Below, one piece after another: positions 33,110-42,513 of a stretch of 44,904 bases of DNA. Source of the stretch: Methanobacteriota archaeon (GTDB lineage Archaea > Thermoplasmatota > Poseidoniia > Poseidoniales > Poseidoniaceae); assembly GCA_011522915.1 (NCBI GenBank), contig WTIA01000044.1, positions 1-44,904 on the forward strand, written 5' to 3'. Each line of letters opens with the position of its first letter. Positions within the stretch are counted from its first letter, which is position 1. The notes beneath the pieces are model-generated. The model was given only the letters and a program-made list of their open reading frames with translations, ran no database searches and was not told where the DNA came from. Both the position numbers and the translations under genes were made by a program.

Positions 33110-34834
33110 ATGCCGGTTACTCTAGACCAAGTTGACCTACCGGCAAAACCGGGAGTTTACTTGTTTAGAAATTCTGATGAGCGCGTCTTGTACGTCGGAA
33201 AAGCTACCGTTTTATCGCAGAGAATCCGCTCCTACTTTTCATCTAACCCAGACCGTGCTATGATACCAGAACTTGTACGCAATTCAGATGACATAGAGTG
33301 CATTGTAACCAATTCTCCCCAAGAGGCCTTGATTCTCGAAAGGCAATTGATTAGACAGCACAGACCACGATACAACTCAATGTTGAAGGATGACAAATCC
33401 TATCCATTCCTAGCATTAACCAAGGAAGAATTTCCACGGATAATGTACACAAGACATCCTCCCAAAAAATCTTGGAAGTGGGGGCCTTTTCCAAATGCTG
33501 CTGCAGCAAAACAAGTTGTTCAATTATTGCGAAGGCATTTTGGAATTAGAGACTGCAAGGAATTACTTCCACAAGGATGTCTTGCTATGCACATTGGCCT
33601 TTGTGCTGGACCTTGCATAGAAGCGGGCGATTATGCTCAAAGAGTCAAAAATGTACGACGAATCTTGAACGGAGATGCTGGCGATTTAATCGAGGAATTA
33701 GCGCAGGAAATGGATAAAAAATCTCAGTTACAGGAATACGAACAAGCTGCATCGATAAGGGATATGATCAAGGCTGTTAGGACTGTTACTAGCCAGCAAG
33801 TCATCCTATCGAAGGTTTACCGAGAATGTGATGCAATCGGAATTGGAGTTCGAGGCGACCTTGCTGCAATTGTAGTTATACACGCTGATGATGGAGTCAT
33901 AAAGGGTCAAGAATCCTGGCCATTAATTCATCGTGGCGACGAAGGAGACTCTGTTTCTAGATTCCTAGTCGAGCATTATTCTAACAGAATGCCTCCCAAA
34001 ATATTGCTTACACCAATTCCGATTTCCACAACCATTCAAGAATGGTTGAACGAAAGGAGAGGAGGAATTGTCGATGTAAGAGTCCCGATGCGAGGAGACT
34101 TTGTGACTCTCACAAATTTAGCAAAACAAAATGCAAAAATGCAGGTTGAAAGGTTATCAAATAAGGCATCTGGCTCTTTGGAGCAAAGAGCCGCTGATGA
34201 AGCAGCAAGCCTGCTATCAATGGATTCTCTTGACCACATAGTTTGTTTTGACATGGCCCAGTTACTTGGAGATTCAAGAGTAGGTGCAAGTGTATGTTTG
34301 CGGAATGGTAGACCGGCGAAAAAAGAGTACAGAACGTACACTGTCAAGGGCGAAGCAATCGATGATCTACGAATGATGAGAGAAGTTGTGGAAAGATGGA
34401 TTAAGCGAGTTGAAGATTGGCCAGATTTGTTGCTTATCGATGGCGGTGAAACTCACCTCGCAATAATTGCGAAGTTATTGGAAAAGCATGGTGTGAGGGA
34501 CAGAATGGAATTGGCAAGTTTGGCTAAAAGGGAAGAGACAATTCACAGAGAAGGACACGAAGACATAGTTTTAGACAGAAGGGGAAGAGTCCTAGTTCAT
34601 GCTAGGGATGAAGCGCATAGATTTGTCAACAAGTTTCACAGAAAAAGCCGGTCAAGAAATAGATTATCTGACCCATTGGAAGGTGTCAGCGGGCTAGGAG
34701 CTAAGAAATTACAATCTTTGATTCGGCATTTCGGAGGAAGACAGGGCATAAAGCATGCTTCGGTTGCAGATCTAAAGACTGTTCCAGGAATTGGCCCTTC
34801 TCTAGCGCAAAGAATCTTTGATTCGCTGCACTAA
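33110..34834 (+). CDS. uvrC: Excinuclease ABC subunit C
   Basis: GIY-YIG N-terminus PGVYLFRNSDERVLYVGKA..L..RIRSYF, a UVR motif region (EYEQAASIRDMIKA), an RNase H-like endonuclease region and a C-terminal (HhH)2 (GLGAKKLQSLIRHFG...VPGIGPSLAQRI). Start set at ATG 33110. The track extension to 32981 overlaps the divergent gene. Confidence 0.9.
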   Translation: MPVTLDQVDLPAKPGVYLFRNSDERVLYVGKATVLSQRIRSYFSSNPDRAMIPELVRNSDDIECIVTNSPQEALILERQLIRQHRPRYNSMLKDDKSYPFLALTKEEFPRIMYTRHPPKKSWKWGPFPNAAAAKQVVQLLRRHFGIRDCKELLPQGCLAMHIGLCAGPCIEAGDYAQRVKNVRRILNGDAGDLIEELAQEMDKKSQLQEYEQAASIRDMIKAVRTVTSQQVILSKVYRECDAIGIGVRGDLAAIVVIHADDGVIKGQESWPLIHRGDEGDSVSRFLVEHYSNRMPPKILLTPIPISTTIQEWLNERRGGIVDVRVPMRGDFVTLTNLAKQNAKMQVERLSNKASGSLEQRAADEAASLLSMDSLDHIVCFDMAQLLGDSRVGASVCLRNGRPAKKEYRTYTVKGEAIDDLRMMREVVERWIKRVEDWPDLLLIDGGETHLAIIAKLLEKHGVRDRMELASLAKREETIHREGHEDIVLDRRGRVLVHARDEAHRFVNKFHRKSRSRNRLSDPLEGVSGLGAKKLQSLIRHFGGRQGIKHASVADLKTVPGIGPSLAQRIFDSLH

Positions 34835-37800
34835 TTCCAAGGCTCGTCATCATACATTCCAAGATTCTTATCTTCGCCATACAAGTCGAAATCGCCACTA
34901 CTTGGAGCAGAAGGGTCGTAACCAGAAGTTGGGTCATAGCCCGCACTCAATGCTGCAAAGTCGGTATCCGAAAGCCCACCTTTTCCTGAACCTGCAGAGA
35001 CCACTTTTGTCTCGGCTGCGGCAGCCAATTCTCGCTTGCGTTTCTTCTTCTTTCTTCTTGCACGAACTCTCCAAACGATTAGTGAAAGAATGATTGTAGG
35101 ATATATCCAGATTTGGGATAGGATGTACCACCAAGACACCTTAACGCTGAATGAAATCTCTTCACCTGCCATTATTGACTCAAGTGAAAGGGTGATTTGT
35201 TGGCGGCCATCCACTTCATCCACTTTCTCCCAGCCGTTTGCGGTTTGGAAATCGTCCAAAACTATTCCATCAGGCATGGTGAATGTGAAATCTCCTCTTA
35301 GGTCCGATTCAGTTTCTTCGTTCAACTCGATATCGGTAGACTCGAATTCAAGATTAATCGGTTCCCCGTTATTATCTAAGGTGATTCCAGAGCCACCCAT
35401 TGAAAGGAAGTTTACTCCAAGATTTGTAAATAGATTCTCAAAGACTCTAGCTGCATCGATGATTGGAGATTGTAAAGCTGTAACAACTCCAACCGTTGGT
35501 TCTCCGTCGATAATTCCATTCCATCCGTTTGTAACTCCTGCTTCAAATGTAAACTCTGGTATCCTAATCGACATTCTGATTGGTGTTTCATCTCCAATCG
35601 AAGTACCAATGCCCCCAAGATTTTCTAGTGAGGTGATTATCTGGATTCCTGATAAGTCGATTTCCACTCGCTCTTCTTTGGCGCTGGCCTCATCTGCTTT
35701 TTCGTGAATTCTGTCAGTTAATTCTTGGCCAATTTTACCGACCATTTCCTCAAAGCCCTCGGTTGTAAAATCAAATTCTAATTCCTCACCATCGCCTAAA
35801 TCAATCGTATCTGAAGGCGGGTCCGCCACTCTACTGGCGATGTCAAATCCAAGCCTTAGTAGGTCTGATGGAATTACTTCAAGACTGATTGAAGTATTAT
35901 CTGATTTCAACTCATTCAGGATTTCATCAGGAATTTTAATCCTGTACACATCAACTGTAGCTGAGAATGATGCAGTGAGGTCTATGCTGGGGCCCCATTC
36001 GTTAAAATTGAGGTCGCTAATATCTAACTCTACATCTAGGTCAACACAAGACCAGTCTGCTTCATCTGCTGAACAAATGACTTCATCATTTGAATCGAGA
36101 ATTGCATGCCTGGGGTCGTACGCACTAGGATTAGATATTGAGATGCCCAAGTCGTCTGGGCCATTTGACCTCTCTACCAATACAATCGATCCATCCCCTG
36201 TTGCAGACGATAGCCAGGGAGGGAGAATTAATTCCAGGGTAAGTTCGGTTGGAGGTAGGTCTTCAGGAATCATGCCTTGTAGCAAATCCTGTCCAAATTC
36301 TGTTTCGATTGTTAGACCTGAGTCGAGTAATCTTTCGAAGTCACTTTCTTGTATTGCGTCCAATATACCCGTTGAATCATCAATCTCTTGCTTTAACAAA
36401 TCCAGCAGCCTTAGTTCGAATGTAGATGAGGATGACCTAAGGTAAACCGGATGTGTTCCATCCATTGCATTGGACCCTTCAATGCAGTAGTACACTTGGG
36501 TGCCGGGTGGCAAAATTTCTGGACATGACGGATGGGTATAATTCAGACCACCAGCAGGCCCTGGGATTCCAACGTTTGCAGAGTTCGAAACCCATGAAGG
36601 ATTACTCAATGTAATATCACCGACTCCTGGAACTGCCCCCTCTATAGCATCAGCTATCAGGTCCATTGGGAAATTGCTGGTAAAACTGTCCAATTGTACA
36701 AGATCATTTTGATAAGCTAACCTTATTCCATCCGAGGTTACCCAAGGAATCTCTGCATTTTCGGTTACATCTACGAGTTGTATTCCCCACTCACTCATTG
36801 TACTGGCATCAATATGGTTTATTCCAGCCACAATATCGACATAAGCCGCATCCTCATTTGACAAATCCAACGTCACTCGGAGAGTAATTCCTGTCTCGTC
36901 CGGAGCGATTGCAACGCTACTGGTTTGGGTGGAGTTTCTATATCCAATTTCTACGCTAACTTCCTGAGAAATCCTTTCTCCTCCGATTGGCGCATCTAAA
37001 TTATCAATGCCCCACTGAGCGGCCATGTAAGATGGTGGTCCTGACTTAATGACCTGAATTCCTGTTGAATCAACAGATTTCACGGTTGCGAAATCTGGAG
37101 GATTGATAACGAATACAGAGTTGTGCCCCGGTTCACTAAACAAGTCGAAGGAGGATGTAATATCGGAACCCATGACAAGCATTCCTTTGTAGACTCTATC
37201 AAGTGTCAGTGGGTCTACACCAGCCAGATTGAATGTCGAGGTAGACAAGGAAACGCTTGCATTTACTGAGAAGCAAATAGGTGGGTCGAAAACGTTGTCG
37301 ATGAGTCCTGCTTCAGAAGCCGTATCTGCATCTGGGTCATCTGAGCATGTTGTTGGAACTCCAGAATTCTCGATCGAGTTTACGTAATTTGAATCAATAT
37401 AATTCACTGTACCGAAACCACTGCTCAACAATTCTTCAATCGTGTCATTAACTTCTAGAATCAACTTGTCTTTCACTGTTTGAGTTCCCGCACCTGTAGG
37501 GGTATCGAAATAATTTCTAATCAAATCCGCTGGAGCGCCGTCCTCATCGCTCATTCCTTCAGCGGTTAATGCTGCATCAACACCAGGAATCACACCCAAT
37601 ACAGATCGATTGTATTCTCTCAAAGCCCAAGTCATCTTCATTTCGATTGTTGATGTGTCAATCAAGTCAAATTCGTATACACCTTCTATCCAATCGGGTT
37701 GATTTTCTGTACCGTCATCAGCTTTGTCCCACGTATCACAGGTGCCTCCATTTAGTTGGCAACTTTGCATACCAGTTGCACTTGCTAGAGGGGCTAACAA

Positions 37801-37848
37801 AGAAATTGCAAAAATGAAAATCAGCGAGAATGCAAGTCTTCTATTCAT
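34831..37848 (-). CDS. Large type-I surface protein (signal peptide, ~900-aa ectodomain, TM helix, polybasic stop-transfer and a 79-aa tail), unknown function
   Basis: MNRRLAFSLIFIFAISLLAPLASA signal from ATG 37848 (the track start 37953 would add 35 non-signal residues). TM helix WWYILSQIWIYPTIILSLIVW is followed by RVRARRKKKKRKRE and an acidic/aromatic tail. Confidence 0.8.
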   Translation of the reverse strand: MNRRLAFSLIFIFAISLLAPLASATGMQSCQLNGGTCDTWDKADDGTENQPDWIEGVYEFDLIDTSTIEMKMTWALREYNRSVLGVIPGVDAALTAEGMSDEDGAPADLIRNYFDTPTGAGTQTVKDKLILEVNDTIEELLSSGFGTVNYIDSNYVNSIENSGVPTTCSDDPDADTASEAGLIDNVFDPPICFSVNASVSLSTSTFNLAGVDPLTLDRVYKGMLVMGSDITSSFDLFSEPGHNSVFVINPPDFATVKSVDSTGIQVIKSGPPSYMAAQWGIDNLDAPIGGERISQEVSVEIGYRNSTQTSSVAIAPDETGITLRVTLDLSNEDAAYVDIVAGINHIDASTMSEWGIQLVDVTENAEIPWVTSDGIRLAYQNDLVQLDSFTSNFPMDLIADAIEGAVPGVGDITLSNPSWVSNSANVGIPGPAGGLNYTHPSCPEILPPGTQVYYCIEGSNAMDGTHPVYLRSSSSTFELRLLDLLKQEIDDSTGILDAIQESDFERLLDSGLTIETEFGQDLLQGMIPEDLPPTELTLELILPPWLSSATGDGSIVLVERSNGPDDLGISISNPSAYDPRHAILDSNDEVICSADEADWSCVDLDVELDISDLNFNEWGPSIDLTASFSATVDVYRIKIPDEILNELKSDNTSISLEVIPSDLLRLGFDIASRVADPPSDTIDLGDGEELEFDFTTEGFEEMVGKIGQELTDRIHEKADEASAKEERVEIDLSGIQIITSLENLGGIGTSIGDETPIRMSIRIPEFTFEAGVTNGWNGIIDGEPTVGVVTALQSPIIDAARVFENLFTNLGVNFLSMGGSGITLDNNGEPINLEFESTDIELNEETESDLRGDFTFTMPDGIVLDDFQTANGWEKVDEVDGRQQITLSLESIMAGEEISFSVKVSWWYILSQIWIYPTIILSLIVWRVRARRKKKKRKRELAAAAETKVVSAGSGKGGLSDTDFAALSAGYDPTSGYDPSAPSSGDFDLYGEDKNLGMYDDEPWN

Positions 37849-37882
37849 GCTATCATATAGTCTGTATACTGGGACATTTAAC

Positions 37883-38881
37883 ATGGTTTGCCTCATCGAG
37901 TCAAATATGCCAATCTCTTTTGCATATCTTTGCGATAGAGATTTGGCAAGCAAAGAATATGAGAGATTGTTGAATGAAGGTCTCCTAGAACAAGGCCTGA
38001 AACCTATGCCGCATGGTAATCAAATCGCCATTCCAGTAAAAAGTGGGGAATTAGAACTGGAATTCGAAGGAATCGAGAGACATAATCCACATGAAAATTT
38101 GAGGCGTATTGTGGAAAATCCTCCAAAGAGATGGGAAAAATTAGGAGATATCGCAATTTTCAAACAAGGAACTGATACAACAAATTGGCCTCTTGAGGAT
38201 GTTGCTAAAGCCTTAGGTTCTAAGCGAATTGCGATACAAAATGAAATTGATTCAGGGCCAACTAGAAAATCCCACCTTGAGATGATTTTTGGAGAAGATG
38301 GGTGGGTTGTCCATCGAGAAAATTTCGTTGATTACGAATTTGATGCTACCGAGGTGATGTTTTCATCGGGAAACGTTACGGAAAGAAGAAGGATGGGTGA
38401 AATTACAACCAAAGATGAAATAATTGTTGACGCATTTTCGGGAATAGGATATTACACGCTTCAATTCTTAGTTCGTGGAAAAGCAGAACACGTACATGCA
38501 TGTGAAATCAATCCACACAGTATTCATGGCTTGAGAAAAGGACTCCAAAGAAATGGAGTAAGCGAAAGATGTACAATTCATGAAGGTGATAACAAAGTGA
38601 CTATGAAACAATTGCACGGAGTCGCTGATAGGGTTATTTTAGGCCTAATTCCTTCATCGATGAACGCTTGGGGTAATGCAATTCGTTGCCTGAAATCAGA
38701 GGGTGGGTTCATTCATATTCACATGAATGTGCATGAAGATGAAATCGATGAATGGGCTGTTAAAACAACTGAATGGTTTGAAACGGCTTCAGGTAAAAAT
38801 GCAGAAGCCCATCATCTAGAAGTTGTCAAACAATATTGTCCGAGAATAATGCATGTAGTGCTTGACCTAAGACTGTATTAA
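37883..38881 (+). CDS. taw2: tRNA wybutosine-synthesizing protein 2 homolog (Taw2/TYW2, Met-10+ class I methyltransferase fold)
   Basis: IIVDAFSGIGYYTLQFLV..KAEHVHACEINPHSIHGLRKGLQRNGVSERCTIHEGDN...ADRVILGLIPSS...GGFIHIHMNV closely matches the TYW2/TRMT12 core as I remember it. A Trm5 assignment is not excluded. Start chosen at ATG 37883, downstream of the divergent gene. Confidence 0.65.
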   Translation: MVCLIESNMPISFAYLCDRDLASKEYERLLNEGLLEQGLKPMPHGNQIAIPVKSGELELEFEGIERHNPHENLRRIVENPPKRWEKLGDIAIFKQGTDTTNWPLEDVAKALGSKRIAIQNEIDSGPTRKSHLEMIFGEDGWVVHRENFVDYEFDATEVMFSSGNVTERRRMGEITTKDEIIVDAFSGIGYYTLQFLVRGKAEHVHACEINPHSIHGLRKGLQRNGVSERCTIHEGDNKVTMKQLHGVADRVILGLIPSSMNAWGNAIRCLKSEGGFIHIHMNVHEDEIDEWAVKTTEWFETASGKNAEAHHLEVVKQYCPRIMHVVLDLRLY

Positions 38882-39804
38882 TCCTCATCACCGAGAAGGA
38901 TGGCATCAGGCTCATCAACCCGGTTACCTGCATAGAAGACATAACCTGCAACACCTAAACCAATCAAAACAACGGTCAGGGTAATTTTGCCAGCAGTTGT
39001 CGCTAAGAACGACTGAGATTCAACATCCTCTACTTCGTCTGGATATGGAATAACTCCAATCATTTCTACGCTGGAAATGTGAACCTCCCAAATTGGTCTC
39101 CCAGCAGTGGATGCTGGGTTTACAACTACTTCCTCTCCGGATGGGTCGTCGGTTGTTGGTACAGCAGCTATCGACCTTACGTGGCTCATCCCATTTCTTA
39201 CAATACCAAATGTGACATACCCTTCATCATCACGATTTTCAGGGTCTAATCCATGGGCTTCTGTCTCAGCAATATACCACTGAGAATCTGCGCTATCTGG
39301 GTCTTGACTACGAGCCATACCGATGGCGCCATCTACGTGTGAAAGGTTCTCGTTATGCTCCATATCGACTGTCTCGCCGGTACCACCGCTTCCACATGAA
39401 GGGCTAGTTGCAGGATAAACTCCAACCGTTTTGCAGGTTGGGTCACCGGCTTGAGTAACGAAATCGTCGATAACCCTGTGGAAAAATATTCCATTGTAAA
39501 TTTCATTTTCCACATTTTTGATCATGTTTGTTGTTGTGTTTGGCGCCCATTCCTCAAATAATTCGATGATGATTTCACCCTGTACTTCGGATGCTAAGTG
39601 TCCCGGTTTGTATTCGACTTTGATTTTCAAAACCGCATCACCAGGGCGAGGTTCATCCATAGGAGAGCCCTCTAATTCAGGACCATCTAGCCATCCAGAC
39701 ATGTCTACTTCTATGTCTCTCCAGTCTTCGTCACCTGTCTCGTAATTGGCACCAACTATGGGAGTCGAAAGTAGCAGACAGAGTACTACTACAACGGCTC
39801 GCAT
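38878..39804 (-). CDS. Secreted, membrane-anchored cyclophilin-type peptidyl-prolyl cis-trans isomerase
   Basis: IYNGIFFHRVIDDFVTQAGDP and GAIGMARSQDPDSADSQWYI are cyclophilin signatures. Signal peptide MRAVVVVLCLLLSTPIVGA (ATG 39804, track TTG 39810). C-terminal TM helix ITLTVVLIGLGVAGYVFYA. Confidence 0.85.
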   Translation of the reverse strand: MRAVVVVLCLLLSTPIVGANYETGDEDWRDIEVDMSGWLDGPELEGSPMDEPRPGDAVLKIKVEYKPGHLASEVQGEIIIELFEEWAPNTTTNMIKNVENEIYNGIFFHRVIDDFVTQAGDPTCKTVGVYPATSPSCGSGGTGETVDMEHNENLSHVDGAIGMARSQDPDSADSQWYIAETEAHGLDPENRDDEGYVTFGIVRNGMSHVRSIAAVPTTDDPSGEEVVVNPASTAGRPIWEVHISSVEMIGVIPYPDEVEDVESQSFLATTAGKITLTVVLIGLGVAGYVFYAGNRVDEPDAILLGDED

Positions 39805-39833
39805 GAACAAGCCAGAAGGTCAAAACTATGAAA

Positions 39834-40220
39834 TCATTCTTCTCTAGCTTTTCTTGCATGAATGAATGATTGTACACAGATGTATGTGTATAGAGAACCA
39901 GTTACTAGGAGCATCAACATCGAGCCTGATGCATAGTTAATTCCATCCCCCATTACCATGAAGAATCGAGTACCGCCAAGAGCACAAAGTAAACCAAATG
40001 TTGCAGCAATGTGCATCCATAACTTCCTTTTCTCGGGAATCTTGGTTGCTAGAACTCCAGAGAGAAGTAATGGAATTCCCAGTAGTGAAGGGAAATAAGA
40101 CGTTATTGAATCCGAATCAGAAACTTGGGAAATGACGATTCCCCAAACGATAAGAAAGCCGCCGTAACCAGTGGTGATTGTTGGAATTGACTGCCCTGCT
40201 ACCGTGAATTGCTCGCTCAT
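39834..40220 (-). CDS. Small four-helix membrane protein, unknown function
   Basis: 128 codons with an ATG start and four hydrophobic segments. No motif recognised. Confidence 0.5.
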   Translation of the reverse strand: MSEQFTVAGQSIPTITTGYGGFLIVWGIVISQVSDSDSITSYFPSLLGIPLLLSGVLATKIPEKRKLWMHIAATFGLLCALGGTRFFMVMGDGINYASGSMLMLLVTGSLYTYICVQSFIHARKAREE

Positions 40221-40312
40221 GATTACTGGTCGTGCACCAACTCTTTGAGGATTTGCTTAGTTGAGGCTTCAAAAGCGAAGACTGATGAGGAAGTGTCTAG
40301 TCGTCGAACGTG

Positions 40313-42172
40313 ATGGAGGACGAAGTGTTCGAGGCTGAGATTATGCCTGAATCTGGCAATTACGTTCTCAACATCACCCTTGCTGCAACCTTTGCGGTAT
40401 CAATCGTCTTCTTACTTCTCGGCACAAGCCTAGGCCAGGTGCTCGAAAATGAAGTGGATATTCAAGATGCGCAGAATTGGTGGGAAGTTTCGATTCACGA
40501 CCGTCACAAGATGACAAATCTTGACCTCACGCAGGAGAGATCCGTGTTACCAATCAATGGCTCATACGACGTTTTAACTTACACCGAGCACTTCATTGAA
40601 GTTGAACTACCGCTTTCAGAAGAAGATGCGGGCTTCCCTGAAGATGACCTGATGCATGTTGCTCTATGGCTGCCAGATGTACCCGAAGGAGTGCAGGTGC
40701 CTGTAATTATGACAATCCATCCCTACTACGATTTTGGAGGTGAAGGAATGCCTGGCGTTGGTGAGGATTCCAATCCAAACACTATTCCTGACAGAGGTGT
40801 TGGTGAATGGGTGTACAATAATTTCATCTCGCACGGGTACGCGCTCGCGCAAGCATCCACTTTTGGAACTGGAAAATCAACACACTGCCAGGACGTAAAG
40901 GGACTGGGTGAACAAATAGGAATCCAAGCCGTAGTCGATTGGTTGGGCAAACAAAACTGGTCTAATGGTAACGTTGGTCTGATGGGTAAATCATACGCTG
41001 GAACAACCAATTGGGAAGCTGCACAAAATCCATCGGAACACCTGAAAACTATCGTTCCGATTTCTGGTTCAATCGGTGTTCAGGAAATGTTCTACCGAAA
41101 CGGTTCAAGTGAGTTTAGAGCCCTCGGTTATGACGCTGCTTATTGGGCGGCAACAAGTGATTTAACTACAGATGAAATGAGAGTTTGTCAGGATGATTTA
41201 CAGGGCCCTCTCAATCCTTTCACAACCCACCTGTGGGCTCACTACGGTGGAGCGGAATGGAATGATTATTGGGATGAAAGAAGACACCTACCAGACGTTC
41301 TTGCCAATTACAAAGGGAGCGTCTATTTGGTCTGGGGAATGCAGGACTGGAACGTTGACCCATATCACGCGTTCCCAACATACCAGTTGATGAGAGATGC
41401 TGGAATTCCAGCAAGAGGAATCATGGGGCAATGGGCTCATAATTATCCAGACCAACCTACTACTCACCAAAATGCAGTATCTCCCGGATTCGGCGCAGAG
41501 GCTTATCCTGAGATGAGTAGAATGGATTGGGCTGTGGACCTGTTTTGGTGGTTCGAATACTGGTTGAAAGGAAATGGACAAATGCCGGAATTACATGTTC
41601 AAATGCAAAGGCATGATGGAAGATGGCACGTAGAGGATACTTGGCCACCTGAAGATATGTACTGGGAAGAAATAACTCTCGACCAAGCAACTGCTTCTGG
41701 AAGTACTGTGAGTGCAACTTCTAGCGTAACAGTAACTATCCCTGCCTCAGAGAACGACCGGTTCATATCCGGCCTTCCTACTCTACATCTATCAGCCTCA
41801 ACCGGATTGTGTGACGGAGGTCAAGTGTTTGCAGAGATGTTTGATGCAACTGAAAATCTCAGAATCGGTCACGCAACGATGGATGTAAGATATCGAGATG
41901 GAGGATATGATGCACAGACTGTTGCTCCCTTCACTACCTACAACATGCAGATGGAATTCAATCCGATGGATGCTATAGTTCCAGCAGGAAATGAAATTAG
42001 AATCGAGCTGACCGAATCTGGAATGGATTACCTGCCAAGTCCATGTGCTGCTGTAGGGATGCAGGTCAATATCGACTCTTCATCAACGCTAAGTCTTCCT
42101 TTGATTGACCGTGATGAAGAGACCGCTCCTGAATGGTTCGAAGTTCCTAATTGGTGGGATGTTGTGGAATGA
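40313..42172 (+). CDS. Membrane-anchored X-Pro dipeptidyl-peptidase / CocE-NonD family serine hydrolase (MEROPS S15)
   Basis: N-terminal TM helix LNITLAATFAVSIVFLLLG. Nucleophile elbow VGLMGKSYAGTTNW (GxSYxG). Alpha/beta-hydrolase core followed by a C-terminal beta-sandwich-sized region. GTG at 40310, ATG at 40313. Confidence 0.75.
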   Translation: MEDEVFEAEIMPESGNYVLNITLAATFAVSIVFLLLGTSLGQVLENEVDIQDAQNWWEVSIHDRHKMTNLDLTQERSVLPINGSYDVLTYTEHFIEVELPLSEEDAGFPEDDLMHVALWLPDVPEGVQVPVIMTIHPYYDFGGEGMPGVGEDSNPNTIPDRGVGEWVYNNFISHGYALAQASTFGTGKSTHCQDVKGLGEQIGIQAVVDWLGKQNWSNGNVGLMGKSYAGTTNWEAAQNPSEHLKTIVPISGSIGVQEMFYRNGSSEFRALGYDAAYWAATSDLTTDEMRVCQDDLQGPLNPFTTHLWAHYGGAEWNDYWDERRHLPDVLANYKGSVYLVWGMQDWNVDPYHAFPTYQLMRDAGIPARGIMGQWAHNYPDQPTTHQNAVSPGFGAEAYPEMSRMDWAVDLFWWFEYWLKGNGQMPELHVQMQRHDGRWHVEDTWPPEDMYWEEITLDQATASGSTVSATSSVTVTIPASENDRFISGLPTLHLSASTGLCDGGQVFAEMFDATENLRIGHATMDVRYRDGGYDAQTVAPFTTYNMQMEFNPMDAIVPAGNEIRIELTESGMDYLPSPCAAVGMQVNIDSSSTLSLPLIDRDEETAPEWFEVPNWWDVVE

Positions 42173-42513
42173 AGGTCTTAGCCTTCGAAGATTCTGTTGA
42201 CATTGAAGCACTGCTGATTAGTGGTGGAATCGAGTTATCAAACTTTGAATTCAAGCAATACTGGGATTCGCAAAATTACCTTGAGAGAATTTCTGAATTT
42301 TGCCCAGACATCCTGATGTTGGACCATTACATGCCGCCTACTCGCGGTTTAGACGTGCTAAAGGGATTACTTGCATCCGATGTCAAAAGACCGGAAACTA
42401 TCGTAGCGATGAGTTCAGCAAGCATGGCTAACAATGCTATGCTCAATGCTGGCGCTGATTATGGAATCGTAAAATTCGAAATCTCAAAACTCGAAATTTG
42501 GACTCATTCGTGA
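42169..42513 (+). CDS. Orphan single-domain response-regulator receiver (CheY-like)
   Basis: MKVLAFEDS (acidic pair), DILMLDHYMP (phospho-acceptor Asp), IVAMSSAS (Thr/Ser position) and GIVKF (Lys position). The ATG overlaps the peptidase stop in ATGA. Confidence 0.65.
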   Translation: MKVLAFEDSVDIEALLISGGIELSNFEFKQYWDSQNYLERISEFCPDILMLDHYMPPTRGLDVLKGLLASDVKRPETIVAMSSASMANNAMLNAGADYGIVKFEISKLEIWTHS

